Positions 23,680 to 34,993 of a stretch of 64,000 nt of DNA are shown piece by piece. Source of the stretch: Eukaryota sp. TZLM1-RC (Eukaryota; Protista; Metamonada: BaSk clade); contig JAUPSS010000002.1 in assembly GCA_040285825.1 (NCBI GenBank), positions 3,348,001 through 3,412,000 on the forward strand, given 5' to 3'. Position numbers and translations under genes: made by a program. The stretch's first letter is position 1; each line of letters starts with the position of its first letter. The notes beneath the pieces were generated by a model. The model made no database searches and was not told the origin of the DNA. It saw only the letters and a program-made list of their open reading frames with translations.

Positions 23680-25067
23680 TTATTCAATAGAATACTTATA
23701 AATCAACATCTAAATATTCCACCTCTTTCAAAACAAAACAACTAGATGCGATCCTCTCATAGTGAGATCCAAGAGAAAGCAAAGCATCAGAAACCATCTT
23801 CAACATCCGCTTAAAAATAGAAAACACAATTTCATTGTGTCAAAACAATCTGTTGATTTCTGTTAGCTCTTCTCTTTACAATCAGTTCAATATCTGCCAA
23901 AAAACGTATAGCCGTTGAAGCAAATGAACCAAAAAGAGAAAATACCATTGGATACTAATTTTATTTTGCATACTGTTGACTGGAAAATTTGGACAGATGT
24001 TCATTGTATTTTTTGATTTTGAATTTTCCAGCATTCGAAAGAGGATTATGAATTTCAGCATTAACAAGCCCTTCATTTGAGGCATTACAAGGATCAGCAG
24101 ACATAACATCAAATAAAATGAAGGTTCCATCGAATCTGAGAAATATAACCTCACCTCTATTATCCTTTAATTAAAAAAATCTATTATCCTTATAAAAATC
24201 AACTTCATTATCAAACAGATTTGACCACAGAGGTTCCAAAAGGGATTAAATTCTATGAGACTTAAACATACAATATAATTGGTCTCTTACAGCATCGTGA
24301 ACCTTGCTTCTAAAAGTAATAAAATGTTCACAATTTAACAAATGAGTAATTGTAATTTTTCGAGAACATTTACAAATTAAATTGTGAGGTAAGTTATCAG
24401 GCCAGCTAAAGGAACGAAATCTCATATTCAAAATCCAAGCAGAATCGGATAAGAGAGTACCATAAACTTGTGGAATTGTTGTTACTAAGGCAGAAGAAGT
24501 ACTATCACACATATCTTGTAAAAGATTTGCAAAAGCGGGATTCTTTTTCTTGGCCAAGCCAAGTCTAACATCAAAATCCAAGCTTTTAAAAATCTTTGAA
24601 AATTTAATGTTGAAGCTTTTTACAGCAAAACTGCAAATTAAAAAGAGGTTGATTTAGGGAAAATTGATTGGGGAAAACACTTGGTCCAAATTTGTGGTGG
24701 CAATCTATCAAGTTCACAAAGATAACTCATTCCAATATGGACTGGAACTGGGAACTAACAGATGAGAACCTTCAGAAAATCTACGAGAAAATTCATAAAT
24801 AAAATTCTTGCCTCCACCCAAAAATGCTGATCGACACAAAATAGAAGATTTAGTTAATCGAATACCACCCAAATCTGCTGAAGAAAAGATTTTTCAACAT
24901 TCCAGGTTCCACATCCAATAAATCAGCAAAAATTCTGTTCTCAATGAATTAAAAGAACGACAAAAATCTAGTGCTATGGAAGGAGCACAAGATCTCAAAA
25001 TGTGGGTTATTCTCCCAGTGTAGCAAATTTTAAACATGAAAAATTTAATATGTTTTCAATTCTAAAG
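23680..25067 (-). mobile_element. RLE non-LTR family C, diverged 3' half
   Basis: RLGLAKKKNPAFAN, CKCSRKITITHLLNC, RSKVHDAV; colinear with 61180-62545; many indels. Confidence 0.85.
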
Positions 25068-25850
25068 TGTTTGTGAAAATAAGTCGTCAGATTCTTCACT
25101 GTTTGTAACTATTGTACCACGAGGATTTGGATTGTGTGCCACTAATGAAGCATTTGTAACAAAAATGAGATCATTTTTGAACATCTCCATTAATCAATGA
25201 TTATCAAAAGAAAAATGTATTTGTTCGAATTCACCTCAACTCACTTTGCGCCATGCTCTGAATTGCTCTAAATTGATAACTTATCGTTCTTCATTACATG
25301 ATGCTGTTAGAGACACTGTTTTCAATTTGGCACAAACTGCAAGGATATCGGTTAGAGATACCGTTTTTAATGAGGCAAGAAATGCAAAAATCTGACATTA
25401 AATAAGTTTGTTTCCTTTTTTACTGTGATTGGATTGAGAACTCTGAAGCTGTTGTTGATTTTATATCCTGTAATGCTGCTAGGGACACTTTGGTTAAGTG
25501 AAGGAAACTTAATCCTGTAAGTGCTCTTGAATACAAAGCAAAAGAAAAACATAGAAAATATGACAAAGATATTGAAAAAGCTAATGCTGATAAAAAACTA
25601 CTTGTTTTTTATGTTTTCCCATTTTCTATAAACGGAAGACTACCAGTAGAAGCAGGAAGTTTTTTGAATGATTTTCAACAAATGGTTCAAAAAAATACAA
25701 TGAAAAGATCTGATGACTATTTATGGCGCTCTCGAATTCAATTTGCCATAATCACTAAATTGTTTCAGTTTTTCAATCGAATCAGAGAATCTTTAGCGAT
25801 ACATTAGCTCTGAGTTTTTTTTGTTAAATGTGCAAGTTTAATAAATACAC
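25068..25850 (+). mobile_element. family A chimera: young part (25068-25350) joined to old diverged 3' part (25351-~25850)
   Basis: Junction reads ARIS|VRDTVF; reciprocal of the 20396 junction. Confidence 0.82.
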
Positions 25851-25945
25851 ATTTTTATATAAAATCAGTTTTGACCCTGTTTGGAAATTCTTATTTAAAA
25901 AATTAATGATAATATTCAAAGTATTTATTACATACATACAGTAAC

Positions 25946-27481
25946 CTATTCATCGGTTTCAATACTAACACCATCAATTTTACCATCAACAGTATAGTTT
26001 GGCTTTAACTTTTCTCTATCAATCATTTTGACCTTTCCATCGTTATTTTCAAAGAAATTCTTGGCTAACCCCACCCAAGAAACTTTTTCCAAACGTTTTT
26101 GAATATGATCATGAGTTTCTCTTTCCTTAGTCATGTCCATACCTAAATTATCTAACTGGGTCTGCAATTGGGAGATCATTGCGTTTGATTCAGAGTTTGC
26201 ATCTTGTAAATGGGTTAGTTGGTCCAACAATTGCGCAATTTGTTCATCTTTTTGGGCCAGAATTTGGGCAAATTCTGTCTCTTTCTGTTCCATCAATTGA
26301 TTGAATTCTGCTTCCTTGGCCTCTAATACAGACTCATCATTCAAACTTGATTGCTCCTCGCTATTCAACTGACCTTCCAAGACCTTGATACGTTTTTTAA
26401 GGTCAGCAAATAACTCAAGATCCTCTTTAACAGAAAATTTCTCAGTGTTGCACCCTAATAATTGAGTATACAAACCCAAGATTTCACCAATTTCTTCAAA
26501 ATAAATTGTATCTAAAACAGTGACCTCAAAATCACTTGTGACAATAACCACACAATTGTTGACGGAATCAACACAAAACCTATCAACATCGCAATACCTA
26601 ATCTTAATACCACTTCCACGAGCAGTGGCAAATAGTTCAAAATGATCTTTTTGAAAAACAATTCTACCCTGATCGAGATAGGGGATGGAAATTTGATCGT
26701 AATTTTTGATTTTTTCAATGTAAAGACAAAATTCCAATCTTGCTTCACTGGGATTAATATCAAAAGAATCCCTTTTGGAAATAATATCACCGGCAATAGT
26801 TTTATCTAAGTGGAAGCTAACAGGAACGTATTGAGAAAGATCAATGGAATTTGGTTTAATTGATGATTTTCCAATAAAGGAAAGTAAATGAAGAGCGGCA
26901 AGCGTGATTACATCAGCACGGTTAGAGACTGCCTTGATCTGACTATTGACAAATCTAGTGTTATATTCTGTCCACAACAGAGCGTGAGATTTGACCAATG
27001 AGGCATCAGTAGGTTGTATGAAAACGCGACGACGAAGGTAAATATGGGGATGAACTACACCTTGTTCTCCAAGAGTTTGAGAGAGACGAAGCCATGAATG
27101 AGAAGCGGGATCAGTAAGAAGACCAAACTCCAAGGCTTGTTGCCAAGTGAGTCCTACCTTGGCTGCTATGAGTTCAATAATAGCGGAAACGGGTCGAGTC
27201 TCATCGATCATGACTGTCTTCTTTTCACCAGAGCTGAGGAGAACAGTCAAGGGACGTTGAGTAGGGCGTACAGAAAGATCAAATGCTGTAAAGTGGGAAA
27301 GAATGAGCTTGCGGTCAATGAAATAATATCTATTGCCTGACAGAAGGGCAATAGGAGCATGATCTGGAGCTACATCGATAGAGTACTCTTTCAGAAACTG
27401 GGACACATTGAGCACAGATGTGACAGTGGCGGTGACAATTGGTTCATCTTGTCCAAAATGAAAGTAACGAACAGATGCCAT
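25946..27481 (-). CDS. talin-head-like FERM domain protein with C-terminal coiled coil
   Basis: RPLTVLLSSGEKKTVMIDETRPV..IAAKVGL..EFGL..WL..SQTLGEQGV..LRRRVF parallels talin F1; LAALHL in F2; EQ-rich coiled coil ~aa 350-465. Confidence 0.72.
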   Translation of the reverse strand: MASVRYFHFGQDEPIVTATVTSVLNVSQFLKEYSIDVAPDHAPIALLSGNRYYFIDRKLILSHFTAFDLSVRPTQRPLTVLLSSGEKKTVMIDETRPVSAIIELIAAKVGLTWQQALEFGLLTDPASHSWLRLSQTLGEQGVVHPHIYLRRRVFIQPTDASLVKSHALLWTEYNTRFVNSQIKAVSNRADVITLAALHLLSFIGKSSIKPNSIDLSQYVPVSFHLDKTIAGDIISKRDSFDINPSEARLEFCLYIEKIKNYDQISIPYLDQGRIVFQKDHFELFATARGSGIKIRYCDVDRFCVDSVNNCVVIVTSDFEVTVLDTIYFEEIGEILGLYTQLLGCNTEKFSVKEDLELFADLKKRIKVLEGQLNSEEQSSLNDESVLEAKEAEFNQLMEQKETEFAQILAQKDEQIAQLLDQLTHLQDANSESNAMISQLQTQLDNLGMDMTKERETHDHIQKRLEKVSWVGLAKNFFENNDGKVKMIDREKLKPNYTVDGKIDGVSIETDE

Positions 27482-27543
27482 TTATTCAGAAACAAAACAC
27501 TCCGAGAAACAAAAATCTTATCAAATTCTGTCAAATCATTCAG

Positions 27544-28926
27544 CCAAATTTATGTAATGTGCAAATCATATCGAGTAGATTCCTGTTTAGAACCGCTGTT
27601 ATCAAAATTAATTTTTGATGACCCCAATATTGATAGTACACGCTACAACAGAGCTTCTATGGGTATGACAAGAGGTGATCTAGTTGTTCCCGGTTTAAAT
27701 GGTAGTTTTACTATTTTAGACGCCATGTCTATTGACCCTTGTAATTCCTCTAACGAACATCTCATAAACTCGGATGTAAATAATCCTCTTCTTGCAGGCG
27801 AAAAATATAAAATTGCTAAATATGCGAAACCCATTTCCTCGGTTAATGAAAATTCTCATGCCCAATATAATTTATGTCCATTTGTTTTTTCTTTGCTTGG
27901 ATCTCTAGGTAAGGCTGCTATGGCTTTCCTTGAGGATTTTGTTGTAGTTGTAAAGGAAAGAACTGGAAGAATTTTCAATCGTGTTTACTGGCAAAACAGG
28001 ATTGTATTTTTGGCTTGGCCAAAACTAAAAATCCCGCTTTCGGTAATTTTTTAAAGGATATTCGTGATAATTAAGCTGCTGCTTTAGTAACTCAAGTTCC
28101 CTCTGTTTATGGACTCTTGTTAAAAAACAATGAATGGCTTCTAAACATGCGTTTTCGTTGTTTTCTGTGGCCAAACAATTTGCCCAATCATTTAACTTGT
28201 AAATGTGGTAAACCTCTTTTGTTTACTCATCTTTTGAACTGTAAACATTTCATTACGTTTAGAAGCAAAGTGCTTAATAATAACGTCAGGGACCAAATTT
28301 ATGTAATGTGCAAATCATATCGAGTAGATTCCTGTTTAGAGCCGTTGTTATCAAAATTAATTCTTGATGACCCCGATATTGATAGTACGCGCTACAAAAG
28401 AGCTTCTATGGGTCTGACAAGAGGTGACCTGGTTGTTCCCGGCTTAAATGGTAGTTTTACTATTTTAGACGCTATGTCTATTGACCCTTGTAATTCCTCT
28501 AACGAACATCTCATTAACTCAGATGTAAATAATCCTCTTCTTGCAGGCGAAAAATATAAAATTGCTAAATATGCAAAACCCATTTCCTCGATTAATGAAA
28601 ATTCTCATGCACAATATAATTTATGTCCCTTTGTATTTTCTTTGCTTGGATCTCTAGGAAGGCAGCTATGGCTTTCCTTGAGGATTTTGTAGTAGTTGTA
28701 AAGGAAAGAACTGGAAAAATTTTCAATCGTATTTACTGGCAAAACAGGATTGTATCTATTTTTAAAAGAATGGTAAAACTAATTTCTGATTCACTTTTTT
28801 CTTTTGGAAAATTTTCTGAATCTATAGCAATTAATTGTTTTGATGTAGGGGAGACATGTTTTGAGGATGTGGTTCTTTAATTGTGTGTTTTATGTTTTCA
28901 TATGTCTTGTTGAATGAATAAAAAAA
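27544..28926 (+). mobile_element. family B RLE-module dimer carrying the array junction, inverted relative to the array
   Basis: Junction GGATTGTATTTTTGGCTTGGCC at ~27999-28020 identical to array junctions; ends in natural 3' end + AATAAAAAAA. Confidence 0.88.
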
Positions 28927-28947
28927 GCTATAAACCAAAGATAGTTT

Positions 28948-29400
28948 TGTTGTTACCAAGGCAGAAGAAGTACTATCACACATATCTTGTGAAAAATTTG
29001 CAAAAACGGGATTCTTTTTCATGGCCAAGTCAAGTCTAATATCAAAATCCAAGCTTTCAAAAATCTTTGACAATTTTTGTTGAAGCTTTTTACAGCAAAA
29101 CTGCAAATTAAAAAGAGATCGGTTTGGAATTTCTTGAGTTGATTGGGGAAAACATTTGGTCCAAAATTGTGGTGGCAATCTAACAAGTTCACAAGATAAT
29201 TCATTCAAAAATGGATTGCAACTGGGAACTTACAAATGAAAGTCTTCAGGAAATCTAAGAGAAAATTCATAAATAAAATTCTTGCCTCCACCCAAAAAAA
29301 GATCACTACCACCATCCCTAACTTACAATTTTTGTAAACAATTTACCAAAATACGTACAGATTTTTTGGATTTGCATTGCAAGAATTTCTTTCAAGCAAT
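28948..29400. mobile_element. family C fragment (minus, 28948-29298) and family D-like fragment (plus, 29300-29400)
   Basis: WTKCFPQSTQEIPNRSLF (C); atcactaccaccatccctaacttacaatttttgt matches the D start at 34992. Confidence 0.75.
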
Positions 29401-29404
29401 AAAT

Positions 29405-32262
29405 AATATATTTATTGAATTTGCACACTTAATTAAATTAACTCAATACTAATGGGACGACTATCATTAAACCAAGATTTCCTCTACAAAATCTTGATTT
29501 GCTTGCTGTCTAGCTAAAGCTTCTCTAATTCGATTGAAAAACCGCGGTAATCTATTAATAATGGCAAATTGAATCCGTGAACGCCATAAAAATGTATCAA
29601 ATCTTTTCATTGTTTTTTCTTGCACCAATTTTTGGAAGTCATCCAAAAAAGTTTCTGCTTCAACTGATAATCTTCCATTTATCGAAAATGGGAAAGCAAT
29701 AAAAACCAGCTGTGTATTTCTATCGACATTTGCATCTTCAATTTCTTTATCATATTTTCTATGTTTTTCTTTTGCTTTAAAATCCAGAGCAGCCCCAGGA
29801 TTAAGTTTTCTTCTGTGAACCAAAGTATCATTTGCAACATTACATGAGACAAAGTCAACAATAGCTTCAGAATTATCAATCCAATCACATTATACATCAC
29901 CTCTATCATCAGAACCAAAATTATTCAGAGAAAGTGTTTCCTTCAGCAGGGGCTCTTTGATACACGATATCCTTGCAGTTTGTGCCATATTGAAAACAGT
30001 GTCTCTAACAGCATCATGTAATGAAGAACGATAAGTTATCAATTGAGAGCAATTCAGAGCATGGCGCAAAGTGAGTTGAGGTGAATTCGAACAAATACAT
30101 TTTTCTTTTGATAATAACTGGTTAATGGGGATGTTCAAATATAATCTCATTTTTGTTACAAATGCTTCGTTAGTGGCACACAATCCAAATCTTCGTGGTA
30201 CAATGGTTACAAAAAGTGAAGAATCTGACGACTTGTTTTCACAAACACCGTTTTCCAATAACAATGAGTGAAGATCTTGATTTAAAACAGCCGAGCTGCA
30301 TATATTATTATAAAGATCTTTATCATACATTCCAGTCAATCGTTTCTGTAATGTTCGAAGAGTGTACTTCAAATTTACAACATTTTTTTCTGGAATATTG
30401 CCATTGAATGATTGGGGAAAACATCGACCCCATTTTTCTACATCAATTCTTGAAATTTCTTCATTTAATGCAAAAACAGTGGAACTTTGCGTTGTCATCA
30501 ATAAATCTTCCCAATCTGCAAATCTTTCGGAAAACTCAAAGATTGCATTTCTGCATCCACCAACAAAAGCACACGAGGTAGGAATAGAAGCCTTCGTCCA
30601 CCCTGAATCACCATAATGTGGACTAAGGTAAGCATGATCTGGAATTTGAAACATTTTACATCCCAGTAATTGAGCCAGAACTTTTGCACGTAACTCATTA
30701 AACTTGTGAGCCAAAGGTCTAGTGACGAGAGGATTTGTAGATCGAAATATATGATTAAAATTGGAACTAAAACACAGTCTTATAATGGTAAATTTGATGT
30801 GTTTTTTATATCTAAATTCATCATTCGGTCAATTTTGTCAGAAGTCGTGTTCAACTTTTCAAACAATTTTTTGGTAATTTCATCATTATTTCCTAAAAAC
30901 GAACCCAAATGACGAATAGCATCAATTGAATATAATTTGGCTTGAATTTCAATATCATCAACTATTGTGGAAACTGGAGAATTAGATAACAAAACACATT
31001 TAAGTAAATTAAGTCGGAGACCAATTTTGGCAAATAATTCTTTAAAACATACAGTTGCTTGTTTCACAATATTTAAATCACCAATAAGCACAACATCATC
31101 CATATATGCAATCATTTTTAGTGAAGGAAACATCTCTTGAATTTGCAGTAAAATAGGATGAATGGCCAAACAAAACAAAAGAGGTCCTAACGGATCTCTG
31201 CTTTACGCCACTTGATGAACTCAAAATGTTGTTACCAAAATGTAAATTCGAATATGTGCAATATGTTGATTGAAAACACGGTATTAATTCCGGCATATAT
31301 TGCAATAGAGCACCATGGATACTGCGACGACTTAGTGAATTGAGAGCATTACTAAAATCCAATGACATGCAAACATTGGATTCATTTTGGCGAAATAAAA
31401 CATCAGTAGCAAATATCGCTGAAGAGACTCCATCTGTAGTATTTATACCATATTGAAAGGGTAATAAAATTTTTTTTGCTTTCTCGTTAAACCTGCTTAA
31501 GCAACATGCAGAAAAAATATTGTGTAAGCTCTCAGAGACTGCAATAGGACGAACATCCATTTTTGAATTTTTGACAAGTGCAGTCAAACGAGAACTTCTT
31601 AATTCTTCTGGGTATTTGAGTTGACCAGATAATATTTGGTTGAAAAATTTGGTTAATAAACCAAGGCAATCTTCTGAAGAAATAATCGCGGCTTTTACAT
31701 GATCAATAGTAATACCAGAAAGTCCGGCAGACTTACCACGAGGTCTCTTTTTGATAACCGAAAAAACTGCTGATGGCATCAATGGATAATTTTCCCAGTA
31801 TGTGCCGTAAAAATTTTGATCCATTATAGGGTCTTCATAAGGATGAAGTATTTTCAGTTTATCTATTGTATTTTCATTGTTTTGTGCTTTAACTCCGGGA
31901 CTTAAAGCTGACAAAGCCTTGGACCATTTGTTGTCAAAGCATTTGTCTTCAAAAATTTTACTTAATTTTTCGGATGACTGATTTCTCGGTGCTATATTAG
32001 TTAAATCTTTGGAAATATTTACGAAATTTTGTTCAAAAGGAAGACAAAAAGAACCAAAAAATTCCCAAATAATATTGATAGCATACTTTCCTTTACATAA
32101 TTGATCCAAAAATCTTTGAAAAACGAAAGCAAATTCATTGCATTTGGTCGGATGAATTTCTTGAGGTATTCTTATGGGAGGATGGTAATTATCAACTATG
32201 CGGCATTTCAAGCATCGATCAGAAGTTTTATTTTCAAGCAATGCAAATCTTTTGTAGTTTTT
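29405..32262 (-). mobile_element. RLE non-LTR family A, longest copy (frameshifted)
   Basis: ORF pieces 31096-32241, 30780-31178, 29890-30714, 29467-29823 span LKILHP, GKSAGLSG, RT motifs, finger, RLE and the AATAAA end. Confidence 0.92.
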
Positions 32263-33349
32263 AACAAATCAAAAGAAATGCATGATGGACCAGCAGCTTT
32301 TCCTTTTGGCAATTTAGCAATAATATTGAATATTTCATGAGCCTGAAAAGGATTTTCGAGCCAATATTCACAAATTGGCGGTTTAATTGGGCAAAAATTT
32401 TTAGTTGGATGAAGCGCTTTCAGTTTCTCAACAGTTTCATGATTATTATCAGCCAACTTACCTGAAAAAACATTTTTTAAACCACTTCCATATCTACCTC
32501 TCAAGAACAATTTTCTTGCTTGAAACGATGAACTGGCTTTACTTTTTTTTCGGTTTGTAATTAATTGATTTTTTATTCTTTTTGGCAAAGAATTTCCAAA
32601 ATCTAGTTATGTTCCATTTGTTTAATTTCAATTGCGAAGAAAAAGAACGCAATTCCATTGACATAGGAACAGAACTGGCAGGACTCACCTCTACAGGAAT
32701 TTTAACAGGTGCACGAAAAGAATCACTTGTTTGACAGTCAAAACAAAACAAGAGAGGGCGACTATTGGAAGAATTAGAGCGGAACTTTTTGCAAAAATGA
32801 CAATTATGTTTCAACACATTATCCGTATGATCAGGAGCAACAGTTTTTGGTACAAGAGTTTGATGATTATTTAAATCACAATTTATATCATCAGCGGAAA
32901 CAATGGGAACAGGAGGAAGATTCATTGCGGCTGGCGTTTGCAAACTATTAACAATAGAAATATTTGTTTTCAGTCTCATTTTTTCGGTAATAATAGCAGG
33001 ACATTTTCTAATGTTATGACCAACCTTGCCACATTTGGAACAGGTATGTCTTCTTTTTTGTTCTTTTTCAGGCGTAACATCAGGGGCATCACACAAAGGC
33101 AAAAAATCATTTTTAAAAAAATTCAAATTTTTTCGAGAAGAATTTCGAGCATAGCTTGAAGGGTGGGGAGAGTGGAGAAGTGAAGGGGATGAGCTTGATC
33201 TGATGGGTAGAATCTTTGCTTGGGCGTTCCAATCAGTATCAGAGTCACTGTCAGTCACTGGCATCGTTTTGGCAAAGACACAGTACGACTTTGACGCCGT
33301 GACAGAAAGTGAAATATGAGAGGGTTGACTAAGGGAGGGAGAAAAAAAA
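32263..33349 (-). mobile_element. 5' end (UTR + N-terminal ORF) of a family B/C-like RLE element
   Basis: ~85-nt pyrimidine-starting leader, ATG 33264, CSKCGKVGHNIRKC knuckle, CHFC-x15-CFDC, then LKALHP and KGKAAGPS homologous to family C at 63450-63900. Confidence 0.78.
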
Positions 33350-34375
33350 CTGAGGGAATCTGAGTTACTAAAGCAGCAGCAGAGCTATCACGAATATCCT
33401 TTAAAAAATTACCGAAAGCGGGATTTTTAGTTTTGGCCAAGCCAAGTCTTACTTCATAATCCAAGCCTTCATATAATTTAACCAGATGGTGCTGAAGCTT
33501 TTTCAACCAAAAACGTAAATTTGGAAGAGATCGGGTGGGAATTTTTTGAATATTTTGAGGAAAACACTGAATCCAGATATCACTAGGCAAATTATCTAAT
33601 TCAATTTGAAGTTGATTCAAATAAAAGTTAGATTCACCATAAATCATATGAACATCATAAGGAAACCTTTGAAAAAATTCAAAAACAAAATTTTTTCCAC
33701 CTCCTAAAAATGCTGCTTTACATAAATTCGAAGACTTCGTGAAGCCAATTCCACTTAAGTCAGCAGAACAAAAAACATGACTTCGAATTAAAGATTCATT
33801 TACCTCCAATAATGAGGAAACAAATTTGACCCGAAGTTTGTTGAAAGATCTACAAAAATCAAGAGACACTGAAGGAGGAGTTGATCTTTAAATATGAGTG
33901 AATTTACCAGAATAACAAATTTTTAAAATAAAAAAATTGATGTGTTTTTCTATATCAAATTCAGCAATAAAACTAAGATCCTTATCAAAATTTTCCAATA
34001 AATTGTTCAATTGGGAATAAATTTCATCCAAATTACCTAACCAACATCCAAGAAACTTGAATGCTTGTTGTTCCTAATTAATGAAAGGAATTTGAACATC
34101 ATCAATCAATAGAGATTGTTTTGTTCTTCCAATTAAGAGACATTTTTCGGGATTCAAGGCAAATCCAATGTCTTTGTATTTCGCAGCAATGTCTTTAGAA
34201 ACCCTACAAATGCTTTCATAAGAACCAATAATCGAAATGTCATCCATATAAGCAACAATACGTAACTCAGGGAATTCTTTCTGGGTCTTTTCAATAGTAT
34301 TATGAATAGCCAAACAAAACAGCAATGGGCCAAGAGGATCACCTTGTTTGACACCAGATGAAGATTCAAGGGTAA
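33350..34375 (-). mobile_element. family B central fragment (RT C-half to pre-finger)
   Basis: GVKQGDPLGPLLF, YMDD, FLGCWLG; ends in RLGLAKTKNPAFGNFLKDIRDSSAAALVTQIP, linking it to the array unit. Confidence 0.85.
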
Positions 34376-34993
34376 AGCTGTAACTTAATTAACTTATTAG
34401 GCAACTTGAGCAACTGTCTTCAAGATCAATCAAAAAGTTTGCAAAAACGGGATTTTTTTCCTTAGCCAAGTTAAGACGTACAATATGATCCAAGTTTTTT
34501 AGTTCAAGGTATTTATTGAATTTGCACACTTAATTAAATTAACTCATAACTAATGGGACGACTATCATTGAACCAAGATTTCCTCTACAAAATCTTGATC
34601 TGCTTGCTGTCTAGCTAAAGCTTCTCTAATTCGATTGAAAAACCGAGGTAATCTATTAATAATGGCAAATTGAATCCGTGAACGCCATCAAAAAATATCA
34701 AATCTTTTCATTGTTTTTCTTGCACCATTTTTTGGAAGTCATCCAAAAAAGTTTCTGCTTCAACTGATAATCTTCCATTTATCGAAAATGGGAAAGCAAT
34801 AAAAACCAGCTGTGTATTTCTATCGACATTAGCCTCTTCAATATCTTTATCATATTTTCTATGTTTCTCTTTTGCTTTAAAATCCAGAGCAGCCACAGGA
34901 TTAAGTTTTCTTCTGTGAACCAAAGTATCATTTGCAACATTACATGAGACAAAGTCAACAATAGCTTCAGAATTATCAATCCAATCACAGTAT

